From Saccostrea echinata (taxonomy: Eukaryota): a stretch of DNA of 64,000 nucleotides. Positions 51,801 to 64,000 of the stretch are shown here, piece after piece. The notes under the pieces are model-generated. The model was not told the DNA's origin, did no database searches, and worked only from the letters and a program-made list of their open reading frames with translations. The translations under genes were made by a program, and so were the position numbers. The stretch covers positions 5,580,001 to 5,644,000 of the forward strand of contig NW_026889805.1 of the NCBI RefSeq assembly GCF_033153115.1, written 5' to 3'. Every line of letters begins with the position of its first letter. Within the stretch, counting starts at the first letter, position 1.

Positions 51801-53013
51801 TTTTAAATATATATTCCTTTGTAAAACTTTAATCCCGCCTTGTGGCCCCATCCTCCCCTGGGGCCATGATTTGGAAAAAAAAATGAGTTTTCACTACCTT
51901 AGGATACTTCCATACCAATATGATTTATCATGGCTTTGCTGTTCTTCAGGAGAGGATTTTTTACTTTATATTTCTCCGTAAATGTATGATTCCCATTGTG
52001 GCTCCACCCTACCCCGGGGGTCATAATTTGAACAATCCTAAATCTACACTATACCTGAGGATACTTTCACATCAATATATCTTATCATGGCTTTGATGTT
52101 CTTGAGAAAAGAATTTTTTCCTATATATTCTTATGTAAAACTTTGATCCCGGAGGGGGGGGGGGTGGAGGGGGGGGGGCATGATTTAAACAAAAAACTTG
52201 AATCTACATTACCCAAGGATGCTTCCATACGAATATGACTGATCATGTCTTTTGTGTTCTTGAGAAGATGTTTAAAGATTTTTTCCCATATATTCCTATG
52301 TAAAACTGTGATCCCCCATTGTGCCCCCCCCCCACTCCAAGGGGTCATGATTTGAACGAACTTGGATGTACACTACCTGAGGATGCTCCCATATCAATAT
52401 GACTTATCATGGCTTTGCTATGTTTGAGAAGAAGATTTTTAAAGATTTTTTCCAAGTATTCCTCTGTTAAACTTTGATCCCCGATCATGACCCCTGGGGT
52501 CAGGATCTGTACAAATTTGAATCTACACCACCTGAGGAAACTTCCACATCAATATGACTTATCTTGCTTTTGCTGTTCTGGAGAAGATTTTTGAAGATTC
52601 CTATGTAAAACTTTTGTGATCTCAATTGTGACCCCCCCCACCCCCACCCCTAGGGGTCATGATTTGAAGAAACTTGAATCTACACTACCAGAGGATGCTT
52701 CCATATCAATATGACAAATCATGGCATCGCTGTTCTTGAGAAAATTTTTCTTATATATTCCTATGTAAATCTTTGATCCCCCATTGTGGCCCCACTCAAC
52801 CCCCGGGGGTCATTATTTGTTCAAATTAAAATCTATACTATATCTAATGAAGGTTACACAGAAGTTTCGACTTTTTTGCTCAGTGATTCTTGAGATGAAA
52901 ATTTTTAAAAGATGCATGCTGACAAATTTTCACTAATTCTTAAATTTTCCCCCTTGAAAGAAGGCATGGGCCAACATTTGAACAAACTTGAACCCCCTTC
53001 ACCCAAGAATGCT

Positions 53014-53045
<32 letters not shown>

Positions 53046-53101
53046 TTTCTGGAGAAGAAGTAGAAAATTTGAAAAGTTTACAGACGGACAACAAACAAAC
53101 T

Positions 53102-53145
<44 letters not shown>

Positions 53146-56100
53146 CAAAAGCAGTTATCACTACAACTAAACCTTACAAATATTTCGCAATTCTACATGT
53201 TTAATTTGAAAACCAATTGAATTGAAATAAGACTTCTACGGAATACTTCCATAAAAATATGTAAGTTAGATGAATTGAAATATAATTAAAACTACCTTAT
53301 CTGATAATAGGAATAACAAACAGTAATATAACCAAGAGATCAAGATAATTGGAGTTATTTAAAATTTAATAATGCAGTTTCACTATAAAGTTAACATTAT
53401 TTAAAGAGAATAGTTTTGTTTGTCAAAATCAGTAATTAGGTCATGTTCATCCTGTTGCAGTCATTTAATTTGTTAATACCTTTGGGCCGGAATGACTTCA
53501 GCCTATGCATCCAGAACTTTTCCTAGCTTTTTCTCTGAGCATCGGTCCATAGGTTATGATTTATAATCACGTTACTGTCAGGTATTCCAATTTGTGACAT
53601 TCAAGGTTGAAATGTTCATCAACTGGTTCATTGAGTCTCTTGGTCTTATAGTCGAACGGTGATCACTGGTTCTTCTGCGGAGATCATCAGTTTCCCCAAC
53701 ATACTTTTTTTTAAACCTTGCAGCTGATGAGATGTATACTGTTTGACAAAGTAGGGATATGAAAGTACTGTCAGTTTTTTGAAAGGGACACAAGACTCAG
53801 AGGAATTCTTCCTGCCTTGTGACATCCATGCCTCTCTTTTTTCAGACTTGTGTCCCTCAATTGCAAATATTCTAACCATTATATATTTATTACTTTCAAT
53901 GATAAGAAATATGCTTGTTGCAGATCAAATGGAATCTTTAACCCGTTTACCACCGTAAACACTTACATTTACCTCTGTATGAGCTTTACGTCACAAAGCA
54001 GCACAAAATACCTGTTCAACATGCTTACAGGTAAGTATTAATCATATGACATATTATATGTGCAGTTGCAAATAAGATAAGTAAACAAAAACAAGCAAAC
54101 TTTTTTTAGGAACAGAATGATGTTAAGACAGATATTTCCATCACTTACGATCTAAGAATAATGTAGACAAATGCTTATGTAAGCATTTGAACTGAATTGT
54201 CCAATTGGCCTTCCTTCAGGCTTTTAATCTAAAATGTGTCACCACCCTTTAAATCTGTAAGGATGCCCTTCTTGAAGAAAATTACCCCAATAGAATGACT
54301 CCCTCTAAGATTCAATTAATGGTGTATTTTTCTTTGGATATGACTAAAAAAGATAACTCTAAATTTTCTTAAATGAACATATTAAAGTTAAGGTCCATGG
54401 GCCAAAATGCTCATTTTAGCTAAACAGACCATTGAGAGTTGAGCTGTATGCCTTATCAAATTCCTTTCGACGAACCCTGATTTACCAAGTCATAGTTTAT
54501 ACCTTCAGTAATCAATAATGACAAAATGCATCCTTGTTCTTGAGAAGTTTGTATGATTCTTCTATACACCTGGCTTGACATACATGGACTATTACAATTA
54601 TGCTCCAGTAAGCCCCGTTATCCCAAATTTTTCTGTGCTTATGTTTGTTACCAGGCTAATTGCAAATTATATCGAAACTCGAACGCTTAGTCTGATGCAT
54701 GCTGTGGATGCTTTGAAATATGACATACATTTTATACTTGAATGACTCCTGTCTTTTGTCAACTTCTCACAAATACAGTGTAGTATCAAAACCAACGATG
54801 AACATATTTTACTTCAATGGATTTTTGTTTGATGTTCTATCTCAACTATAGTGCACAGTGCATATTATATACATACGGAAATTCTCTTTCAACTATGCAT
54901 ATGTCTTAAATTTCTGAAATGAACAATTGTTATTTTGCAAATAGCTGATTTTGAAGTGAAAACAAATGTTATCGAGAGAGTAATATTACGCCATGTGTCC
55001 ATAACATCTGTGACGTCATCAGAAGTCTGTAACGACCTTAGCATAGAACCTCATAGGACTCATGTAGCACTACAATCAAGTAATAAAAAAAAAGGTTTTT
55101 CTAGTTTGTTGTTAGTGGTGGTTGCTTGCTTGGGATATAGTTATATTATGAAAGAAATGCCTTATAAGCACATTTATTTTGATAAATCACTGTGGTAATA
55201 TTTTCTAGGTAATGGATACAGCTTTTTACGTTTCATTATTTTTATTTAATATAATTTGATAAATCATTAACAACTTCTTATACTGTAGTTTAAATTTACG
55301 AATATTTTTCCCGTTTAATAGAAATATCAAGACGGAAAACGTAATCCATGATTCATTAAATAATGAATATATAACATGCAAAGACAATCTAATTGAACAT
55401 CTGTTTAAATCTCCAGTTTTCAGTCACATTTCGGTTATCAACCTTTTCAAGAGTATTCATTATTGAATTATAAACAAATCTTAAAACCTTCTTCTCGGTG
55501 TTTAACATAGAATAATTAGAAATGTTTTGCCCAACTCCTTAATCGGAGAGCATTATTTGTACTAATAAAATTAAAGTTTAACATTACACAATTTTTCCAT
55601 TTGAAAAAAAAAAGGAATTTAGAAACTTTAAGAAAACATGCTTAAGAGTGGCACCAATTGATCTGGCACAATTGCTTAAAGTGTACTCACCATGATTGTA
55701 TTTGAAGCTGAGTCTGATGTGACGCCTTCTGTTCGTGAGCGTGTTATCATCAAGCACACCTCGATCACGAGTGTAAGCCAGAGTGAAGTGTGTAATGACA
55801 CATCTGATCTTGGAGTGGAAAGACACCACGTGGCACTTCAGTCTGGTATTGTTAAAATCATACTATTGTTGATGATCAAAGTATCTTAAATCAATGATTA
55901 GTTCCCCTTTTCTATAGTTTTGAAAGTATTCATGGCATTTTAACAGGTTGCTTCTCGGAGTTTTGACAAAGATCAAAATGTTTAAGTGTGACACAAGGAC
56001 GATTCATCAGACACAAAAAAATTAATGATTAAGACCCAAAGAGGCAGCAGTGCTTATAATTGTTTTCTTCCCAAATCAAATTTAAAATATAATTTAAAAA

Positions 56101-57613
56101 AATCTCTGTTTCAAAAGGATTACGCTACTATGTATTGGGAAAAAAATTATTTTAATTTCTCAACCCAAAATTGTTAAAATCATATTTGCATTCCTCTGAT
56201 AAATGAAAACACAGCTCACTAAAGAGTTCAAATTCCTTGGTAGTTTTATGCAGTTAGATTGATAAAGTGCATGTAATTGAAAACATTACATTAATGTATT
56301 TTCCAAATGTAAGTAAACAACGAGGATTTCTGTTCACTAATACTTCATTATCTTTGAACATCCATCCTGGAGATATATGGCAGGTATCCTAAGTTGAAAA
56401 TGAACTCGAGAAAATCTCAGTATGTACACAATTATTTGATTCAATTTTCTCAAAGTACAAAAAACATTTTTTCATTTGTGTTTAGAGCTTCCTTAAGAAA
56501 CAATGAACGTCTATCTTAATATGTCCATTTCGAATAATATTTTGCATTACCAAAGCAATTGGAAAACCTTGAATATCTGGAAATCCAAAATTGCAATAAA
56601 CATACAAAATACTGATATCAAACGAAAGATAAAGCTCTCGGTTTCATTGAAATCATTCCCTTTTACTAGGTTCCGAGGTTGCAGGAGCGGTCACGTGTCC
56701 CACAAGTATCCAGGGCACCTGGTCTTACACGTACACTGGACTGTCCTGTAGTGATACATATCTGGATACGTGTACAGACAAAACAAAGTTCGCATACAAT
56801 GACACTGTATGCACGGATAACCCTATGTTCTCTAGTAAGTCTACATGAAACGAAGACACTCAAATGCATGAAAGAATGTTATCATCAAATTGAAACAAAT
56901 TATAAAGAAATATTGATTTTTTTTAAAAAAAAATGTTATTAAAAATATAGATGATGGTACATTGCACTGTGTATACAGCGGAACAAGCGGAAGTAATACG
57001 TATGTCACTTTATACAATGCTGATTCGTCAGTCACAAGTCCGACCAGCTTCAAGTTTTCCTGCATGGTGCGTAGAAAAGTTCAAAACATATGGGATTTTA
57101 TGATTTGATGTGTAACATAGACATTAAAAAGTTGGGTTGTAATTTATAACAGGTTTATACAACTTCCGGAAGTACGGTATCTGCAACTGTAAATCCAGAA
57201 GAGTGTATCACAGGTCAAACCTCCACGTCCATAACTTCCACTTATGGCAAGGTCGTGACCTTTACAGATATTTCCACAAGTATGTTTACTTATTACAAAA
57301 CTGTTGCTTTTCTTCGAAGATCAATTTTTTTTCAAAGTTGTAATTTTATAAATATTTTTTACAATATTATGCTTACATTTCAGCACCCTGCAGTAAGTAT
57401 ATATTTTTTGGCTGTTCCAGTGTAATAACTTCAGATTCAGATTCAAACTATCAGTAGCTTACTCTTCATAGTACTTAAAATACTCTCTTTGGGTGCTTAT
57501 ATAGAACTGTTTTAGAGAGTTTTACTGTTATTTATATAAAAATATCTATTTGTTTTCAATCTTTTCTGAAGAAAAAAATACTGGTCATCAACTAGGTAAT
57601 GGGAAATTTTCGC

Positions 57614-57653
<40 letters not shown>

Positions 57654-60600
57654 CTGTTTTCGTCCGTCGTCGTGCGTCGTCCGTCGTGCGTTAACTTTTG
57701 AACATTTTTAACTTCTTCTCTAAAACCGCTCAACCAATTTCAACCAAATTTGGTATATAGCATCTATGGGTGAAGGGGAACATAAATTGTGAATTTCATG
57801 ATCCCTGCCCCCCTGGGGCCTGAGGGGTGGGGCTAAAACCACCAAAATTAATGCAATCTTTAAAAATCTTCTTCTTTACTCCAGGACATCAAGCAGTCAA
57901 ACTGTTGGCATCATTGTAATAAGCATGGAGCCCTCTACCAAAAATTGTGAAATTCATGGCCCCAGGGTCAGGGGTTCTGGCCCCAGGGTGGGGCTATATA
58001 GATCATATAGTGAAAGTGCATTATTTCTTTGAAAATCTTCTTCTCTGCTCCTGGGTATTAAATAAAGGAACTAAGTACATAGTTATGATGAGCAAGAGTG
58101 CCTCTTCCAAAATTGTGAAATTCATGGCCCCAGGGTCAGGGGTTCTGGTGTTAGGGCGGGGCTCTATAGATTATATAGTGAAAAAGCATTAATTCTTTGA
58201 AAATCTTCTTTGCTCCTGGGTATTAAATAAAGTAACTAAGTACATAGTTATGATGAGCAAAAGTGCCTTTTCAAAAATTGTGAATTTCATGGCCCCAGGG
58301 TCAGGGGTTCTGGTGTTAGGGCGGGGCTCTATAGATTATATAGTGAAAATGCATTAATTCTTTGAAAATCTTCTTCTCTGCTTCTGGATATTAAATAAAG
58401 TAACTAAGTACATAGTTATGATGAGCAAGAGTACCTCTTCCAAAATTGTGAATTTCATGGCCCCAGGGTCAGGGGTTCTGGTGATAAACTAAGTACATAG
58501 TTAAGATGAGGAGGTGGGCCTCTTCCAGAATTGTGAAAGCCATGGCCCCTGGGACAGGGGTTCTGGTGTTAGGGCAGGGCTCTATTGATTATATAGTGAA
58601 AATGCTTTAATTCTTTGAAAATCTTCTTCTCTGCTCCTGGGTATTATTTAAACAAACTAAGTACATGGTTATGATGCATAAGGATGCCTTTTCAAAAATT
58701 GTGAATTTCTTGGCCCCAGGGTCAGGGGTTCTGGTGTTAGGGAGGGGCTCTATTGATTATATAGTGAAAATGCATTGGTTCTTTGAGAATCTTCTTCTCT
58801 GCTACTGGAGATTATTTAAACAAACTAAGTGCATGGTTATGATGCATAAGGATGCCTTTTCAAAAATTGTGAATTTCATGGCCCCAGGGTCAGGGGTTCT
58901 GGTGTTAGGGCGGGGCTCTATTGATTATATAGTGAAAATGCATTGATTCTTTGAAAATCTTCTTCTCTGCTACTGGAGATTATATAAACAAACTAAGTGC
59001 ATGATTATGATACCTCTTCCAAAATTTTTAAATATATGGCCTCAGTTTTTGGGGTTCTGGAGGAGGGGGGGGCTCTATTGATTATATAGTGAAAAAGCAT
59101 TAATTCTATTAATCATTAATTAATCCTGTCTGCTCCTTAGTGTTGAGCTGATAAATAAATTGCTTAGCTATGATGAAAATGGGAGCTTCGAACAGAATTT
59201 TTAAATCTTGTGGTCCTAGGGTCAGTTTCTGGCATAACGAGGGGGGGGGGGGGCTTTTGATAATATAGTGGAAAAGTGTTAATTCTTTGAAGTCCATAGT
59301 TATGATGATGAGGGTAACGTTTCCAAATTTGTAAATTTCTTGACCCTTGGTCTTGGGTTCTGGTGTTAGGGTAAGGCTTTGTTGAATCTGTAGTGAAAAT
59401 GCATTGTACCTGTGAAATTCTTCTCTGCTTCTGGGCATATTGGAAGCAAACTGAGTAAAAGTTTAAATGATATGAGTAAGCGTATTTCTACCAGATTTTT
59501 AAACATCTGCACCATTGGTCTAAGCATTCTGGTCCTGGGCAGGGCTCTATTAATTTGTATTCTACTGAGAGAAGTTATTCCCCTTTTCCATTCACCTTTG
59601 ATAATTAATCACTGTAAATAATGTATTTGAAAGGTTAATAGAATAAGATAATTATGCAAGAATGTTTATCGTATAATTAAAAAAGTACTTTCTTAGTTTT
59701 AATAAACAGGTAGACCTGTAAGTAATAGATAAATAAAAATGAGACAAAAACAACTTATCTTATTAAAAGTTCTTCAAAGACCATAAGAGAGGTCAATGCT
59801 AGAGGTCTTAATATGGGTTTAAAAATAGTACAGAAGCACTAATAGTTTGTTAATAGTCTGCATAGTGTTAAGTGGGGGACAGATTAGAACTTAATTTATG
59901 AGTTGATACTGAATACTAGACTAATTATTTTGTTGATCCTGATCTTCCTACTTCTCTTGCTTTAGGGCAACAAAGCTTCAACTATCAGTGTATTTAAGTT
60001 CTAAATTGTTGTATTATACTCAGGTGACCGTTAAGGCCCTTGGGCCTCTTGTTTATAATAACAATTTGTTGGGGTTCAAATCAACAGGGTATAACTAATA
60101 ACGAAATAAGTAAATACTTTATGCAAAATGCGTCATCAGATTGGTATATCACATCTACATAACAATGTAATGAAACATGTAAATGTATTTTGTGTTATGG
60201 CGAGCTTATGAAATTATCACTAAATGATATCTTAACTTATGTTGATGTTATTAAATGTGTTATGGCGAGCTTATGAAATCATCACTAAATGATATCATAA
60301 CTTATGTTGATGTTATTAAATGTGTTATGGCGAGCTTATGAAATTATCACTAAATGATATCTTAACTTATATGTTGATGTTATTATAGATGCAGTTGGTA
60401 AGATATGGCATCGTTTATATCCCAACCCTTTGTATTGATTGTTGGATTCTCATTGTCTCTTAAACTCCTTTTTGTGTGTAACCTAGCATTTATTTCCATT
60501 TATACCCACTCCTCTATAAATATCGTATGTATTGTATACTGATAGGAAGTTTAATCGAAATGGAGCCATATCGAATACATTTCCGATTTGTGGATTTCAA

Positions 60601-63600
60601 AGAAACAAAACAATAATGAGGTTCAACCTTCTATTAATATTTTGCAAATAGAGAGTATGGATTTCATACCACTTTCATCTGTAAAGCCAATCATGGAGGT
60701 CGATAGTTAGAATAATGAATACCTTTAATTTGTAAAGAATGACCACGTCTTAGAATACTTTTCCATCGGTGTCCTGATTTAAATAATTTCCTTGTCACCT
60801 TGTCAATAAATAATGTAATTCTCCATATCAAAGACTGCAATTTAGGTGAACTTTTTTTTTTCAAATTATAGGACTGTAACTAATATTGTTGATATTTTAA
60901 AGTCATCGTCTCTTTCTAATTATTTATCAAATGATGCCAATATGCCTGATATTCACAAATCAATCCAACGTTCTTTTAAACGATTCTCAAGAGTGATTTC
61001 ACAGGAAATCTGAATTAGACATACATTTTAAAACACGAACCAAAGAAAAAAAATATATAGGGCCCTATATGTGAAGTAAGATTTGTTGATTTTATTTAAG
61101 ATTTTATACTTGAAACATGCGCATGTAAATTTTGTAATAATGGAAGAATATTGATAAGCTTATTAAAACAAAAAATACCTCAGTATAGAATAAGACTTAT
61201 CCAGCTGTTTTCATTGAAAATTAACGATTATCAAAATTTTAAGAAAAAGATGCATACTAATGTATGTTTTTATTTCCCAATTTCTCAAATCACGAAATTA
61301 TCTGTTGTTGAATGTTCTGATATCATATAAATCTATATACGTATACGGTAACTTGTGTGTTATTCATTTCCCTACGATTCGTATTCAGTGAATTTTTCGA
61401 GTTCTTTTTTTTTTAAATCCCATTGATATCCATTGTATTATTGTAATGGCATTCTTGAATTTTAAGGTTCATAAAAACCGTTTTTTAAGGGAGCAAAGAA
61501 GTCTAAAAAGATCACTTAAATAGTCTTAAAAACTCCCCTAAGTCCATGTTAAAGTGATTTCTTATAAATGTAAAATTAATTTGTATATTTTTCATGATAT
61601 CAATATAAACTGTGTCATGTTTTGTGTGTGTTTAATAAACTACATTGACTTTTTAATATATTTCTCTACATCATAGAATGTATAAATTATTTTTATATAC
61701 CTTCACAAAGGGTATATTGCTCATTGATGTACTATATATGACAAAATGTTGCTTTGGCTAAACACCTGTATATTTATCACGCTATGCTTATCCATCTGTG
61801 ATTAAAAATAAAACTATTTATACATTTGGAATACATTTCTCAAATTAAAATCAGACTTACTCGTAATTATAAAGAACAAAAACATGACATTACATCAACT
61901 AATACCAGCGCTTCCTTCCTCAACATACGGTACCAACATGTATATTTTTGGAAGCATATTATGTTCTTGATGCATACACATGCTTGTTTGACAGATCACA
62001 GAATTCCCACTTCCTCATACGTTTAATGTTAAATGTTTAAGCCTACAGTACGTCCAGGAGTCCAGTCTATCTGTGTTTTTTTACACTTTGTTTTACACCA
62101 TTTATACAATGATTTCAAGACATTGACAGAACTAAAGGAGAAATTCAAAACTTTTTTGACACAAGTAGCTAGTTAAATAAGATAAACTTATATGATTTTA
62201 ACCAATTTGAAATTATTAAATATATGTATAATTTATCTTTGTTCTATTGTATAAAGTTATAAATTCACAATCTTAGCATGTTTTCTTCAAATAATTTCCA
62301 GATCCAACCTCGACATCAGAAACAGACTTAACTTGGCTATATATTCTCCTCGGCGTTCTGATAGTTATTATCATCGTTTTAATCATCATCATTCTCCTTT
62401 GCATCTTCTGTCGTCGTCGAAAACGACCAAAAATAGATGACGAAGAACGCAATATCACTGAAGAGTCAGACGATGATAAGAGTATAGAAGACCAGAAGAG
62501 TTACCAGGAACCACCGAAAGAGGAGACCAAACCGGAAGAAGAAGATGATAAGGCTTCCCAGGATTCAGGTTTTATTCCGGATAAAATTGACAAAGAGGAA
62601 GAACAAAAACACGATGTTATATCCGGGTCAGAAGAGAAAAAAGAAGAGGAAGTCCGAGTGGAAGGTGACGGACAAACAAAGGAGGACCAGGAGAGACCAG
62701 ACACAGTTGTGGTAAGTAACTTTTATTGTGCTCTTATATAATGTATCAAAGAGTAAATACATGAAGACAAATGACTGAATTTTGGGAAGATCTCTAGGAC
62801 TATAGTTCTTGCTAGTGGCGATGGTTCGTGCTGTTCCCATGCTCTTGCTACTGAAATACATGAATACAAATTGTTTTGCTAGATACATTAAAATTATTTG
62901 ATAGAAATGAAATGCTGCGTGTTTTTCTTTCTTTACAAAGCATTTGGTTTTTCGGTCTTTAGGACAGGATAGATACATGAACTCTGCTTTCCTTTTGAAA
63001 TTCATTTAACTGTGGTAAATACAAGAGAATCAAAATTTAACATTGGTTATACTGCGACAATTTAAGGACATTACTTTCTGTTTCGTGTATTTAGCTTTTT
63101 CCGGATATCTGTCAATATATGTTGAACTTAGCGATTAACTTGGTTACATAATTTTGTTAGTAAACAAAAAACAGATGCCGAGCACTGGCAACAGAAATTA
63201 TGACTATCAATAATTCTTTCAATCAATATGACTTGTCCCATCGATTTAAAGGGAAATTTAATAGCGTTTTGAAACTCAGGACAAAATAATTTGGACCCTA
63301 TAGAGAAATGCAAACAAACGAGTAAAAGGTTTAAAAGAATTATGTGTCGGTGAAAGATCGTAACGTTGGTAAAGTGTCATGGCGAATTCCACCATTGATC
63401 ATGAATTTATGTGTATTTATTCTGTGAAAAAGTTATTGTTGGTGTTTCCCACAAAATTTCATCGTTTTCAAAGGACTTGTGATAAGCTAAAGTTGTGAAG
63501 GACAATAATTCTACTTTGGGAAAACATGAAACGGATCATTTGAACCATACTTTAAGAACTCATAACGAACTTTCATCATCGCACTGATAAAAAAAAACTA

Positions 63601-63788
63601 CACTTCATTCGAGGACATCATTGTCTAGGTACAAGGACTGAGTAATTTAGACTCTAATTTTAAGCACTCCTTTATACGATGCACAACTGTAACGCACAAC
63701 TTAATATTCACAGAGTAAAATGTCGGATCTCGGTAGCACTCTAGCACCATCAGAACAGGTAGACGGGCCCACGCCCTTTCCACAGGAG
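40018..63788 (+). CDS. Uncharacterised type I single-pass membrane protein, Cys/Ser/Thr-rich ectodomain and acidic cytoplasmic tail; 3' end may extend beyond the window
   Basis: Phase-compatible GT-AG exons: 40018-40078 (signal peptide MGGTSIISLCLLLTLCVQPT), 43319-43487, 53924-54030, 54945-55079 and/or 55708-55845, 56670-56834, 56951-57066, 57153-57279, 57384-57392, 60389-60397, 62302-62711 (TM WLYILLGVLIVIIIVLIIIILLCIFC followed by RRRKRPK and a D/E-rich tail), 63714-63788. Confidence 0.78.
45331..48020. mobile_element. Foldback-like nested inverted-repeat element plus an adjacent inverted partial copy
   Basis: 45331-45555 is the inverse of ~46910-47128. ~46670-46915 is the inverse of ~47131-47370. 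~45800-46310 is the inverse of ~47450-47960. Built from many GTAAACTATAGTTTAC-type palindromic subunits. Confidence 0.75.
48860..50785. mobile_element. HINE with ~167-170-bp satellite array
   Basis: TTAGGTCACCTGAGTCACTCAGGTGACC hairpin end, tandem units (ATGGCCCCAGGGTCAGGGGTTC...TATAGTGAAAATGCA), other end CTCAGGTGACC..TAAGGCCCTTG.GCCTCTTGTT. Confidence 0.85.
51507..53147. mobile_element. HINE with ~8 diverged ~166-bp monomers
   Basis: Repeated GAATCTACACTACCTGAGGATGCTTCCATATC units, terminus AAAAGCTCACTTGAGCTTTCAGCTCAGGTGAGCTAA. Confidence 0.8.
53465..53740 (-). mobile_element. Penelope GIY-YIG endonuclease relic
   Basis: YVGETDDLRRRTSDHRSTI, then in another frame PVDEHFN...EKFWMHRLKSFRPKGIN, typical of the C-terminal EN of Penelope elements. 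Confidence 0.7.
57614..60053. mobile_element. HINE, same family and orientation as 48860-50785, more complete
   Basis: Identical termini, a (CGTC/CGTG) microsatellite after the hairpin, a longer array and a shared ~800-bp unique tail. Confidence 0.88.
60191..60385. repeat. Three tandem ~64-bp repeats
   Basis: TGTGTTATGGCGAGCTTATGAAATTATCACTAAATGATATCTTAACTTATGTTGATGTTATTA x3. Confidence 0.9.
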
Positions 63789-64000
63789 GTAGGTAGCCTC
63801 AATCCTAAATATGTGCCTCAAACGCTCAAGCTGTAAGCTCTAAGAGAATCTCATCCCCTAGTAAGGAAGGCAGTGTTGACCTTTCATGGAACACTATACT
63901 TTCTAGTTATAGACATGGTAAGTAGGTATGAGGTTCTTTTAGAGAAGTACTCGGGCACCTGTCCATTAGTACTTAGCATCCTTCAGACTTACCTGCTTCC

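Noticed and set aside
48971-58946. Repeated MAPGSGVLVLGRGSIDYIVKMH ORFs (48971, 57947, 58665)
   Set aside because: These are chance translations of the ~168-bp satellite monomers inside HINE elements.
60389-60520. Terminal GPI-anchor-like exon for the membrane protein
   Set aside because: The hydrophobic frame is out of phase with the acceptor and preceded by a stop. The in-phase read-through ends after about 16 codons and the GTAAGA donor at 60398 is strong.

Overview
AT-rich, intron- and repeat-rich animal genomic DNA. The repeat families suggest an oyster-like bivalve, which is an inference. Three spliced genes can be reconstructed by hand. (1) The 3' part of an SLC49A4/DIRC2-like MFS transporter on + (to 11886), with a cluster of three tandem paralogous exons that look mutually exclusive. 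(2) A complete 18-coding-exon PGM2/PGM2L1-family phosphomutase on - (14255-30313, about 602 aa). (3) An uncharacterised Cys/Ser/Thr-rich single-pass type I membrane protein on + (40018 to at least 63788), with a duplicated exon pair and two 9-nt microexons. The most unusual structure lies in a transporter intron. There, a near full-length two-ORF LINE with an ATGA stop/start overlap, a (TATCT)n tail and a few nonsense codons is flanked by a ~590-bp direct duplication of its target. That target is a non-autonomous TAY..RTA, 6-bp-TSD (IS3EU-like) DNA transposon. The rest of the window holds Helentron-type non-autonomous elements with ~166-170-bp satellite arrays, several MITEs, a decayed Naiad-type Penelope element, a decayed second LINE and a nested foldback palindrome. 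Most short ORFs in the supplied track are spurious.
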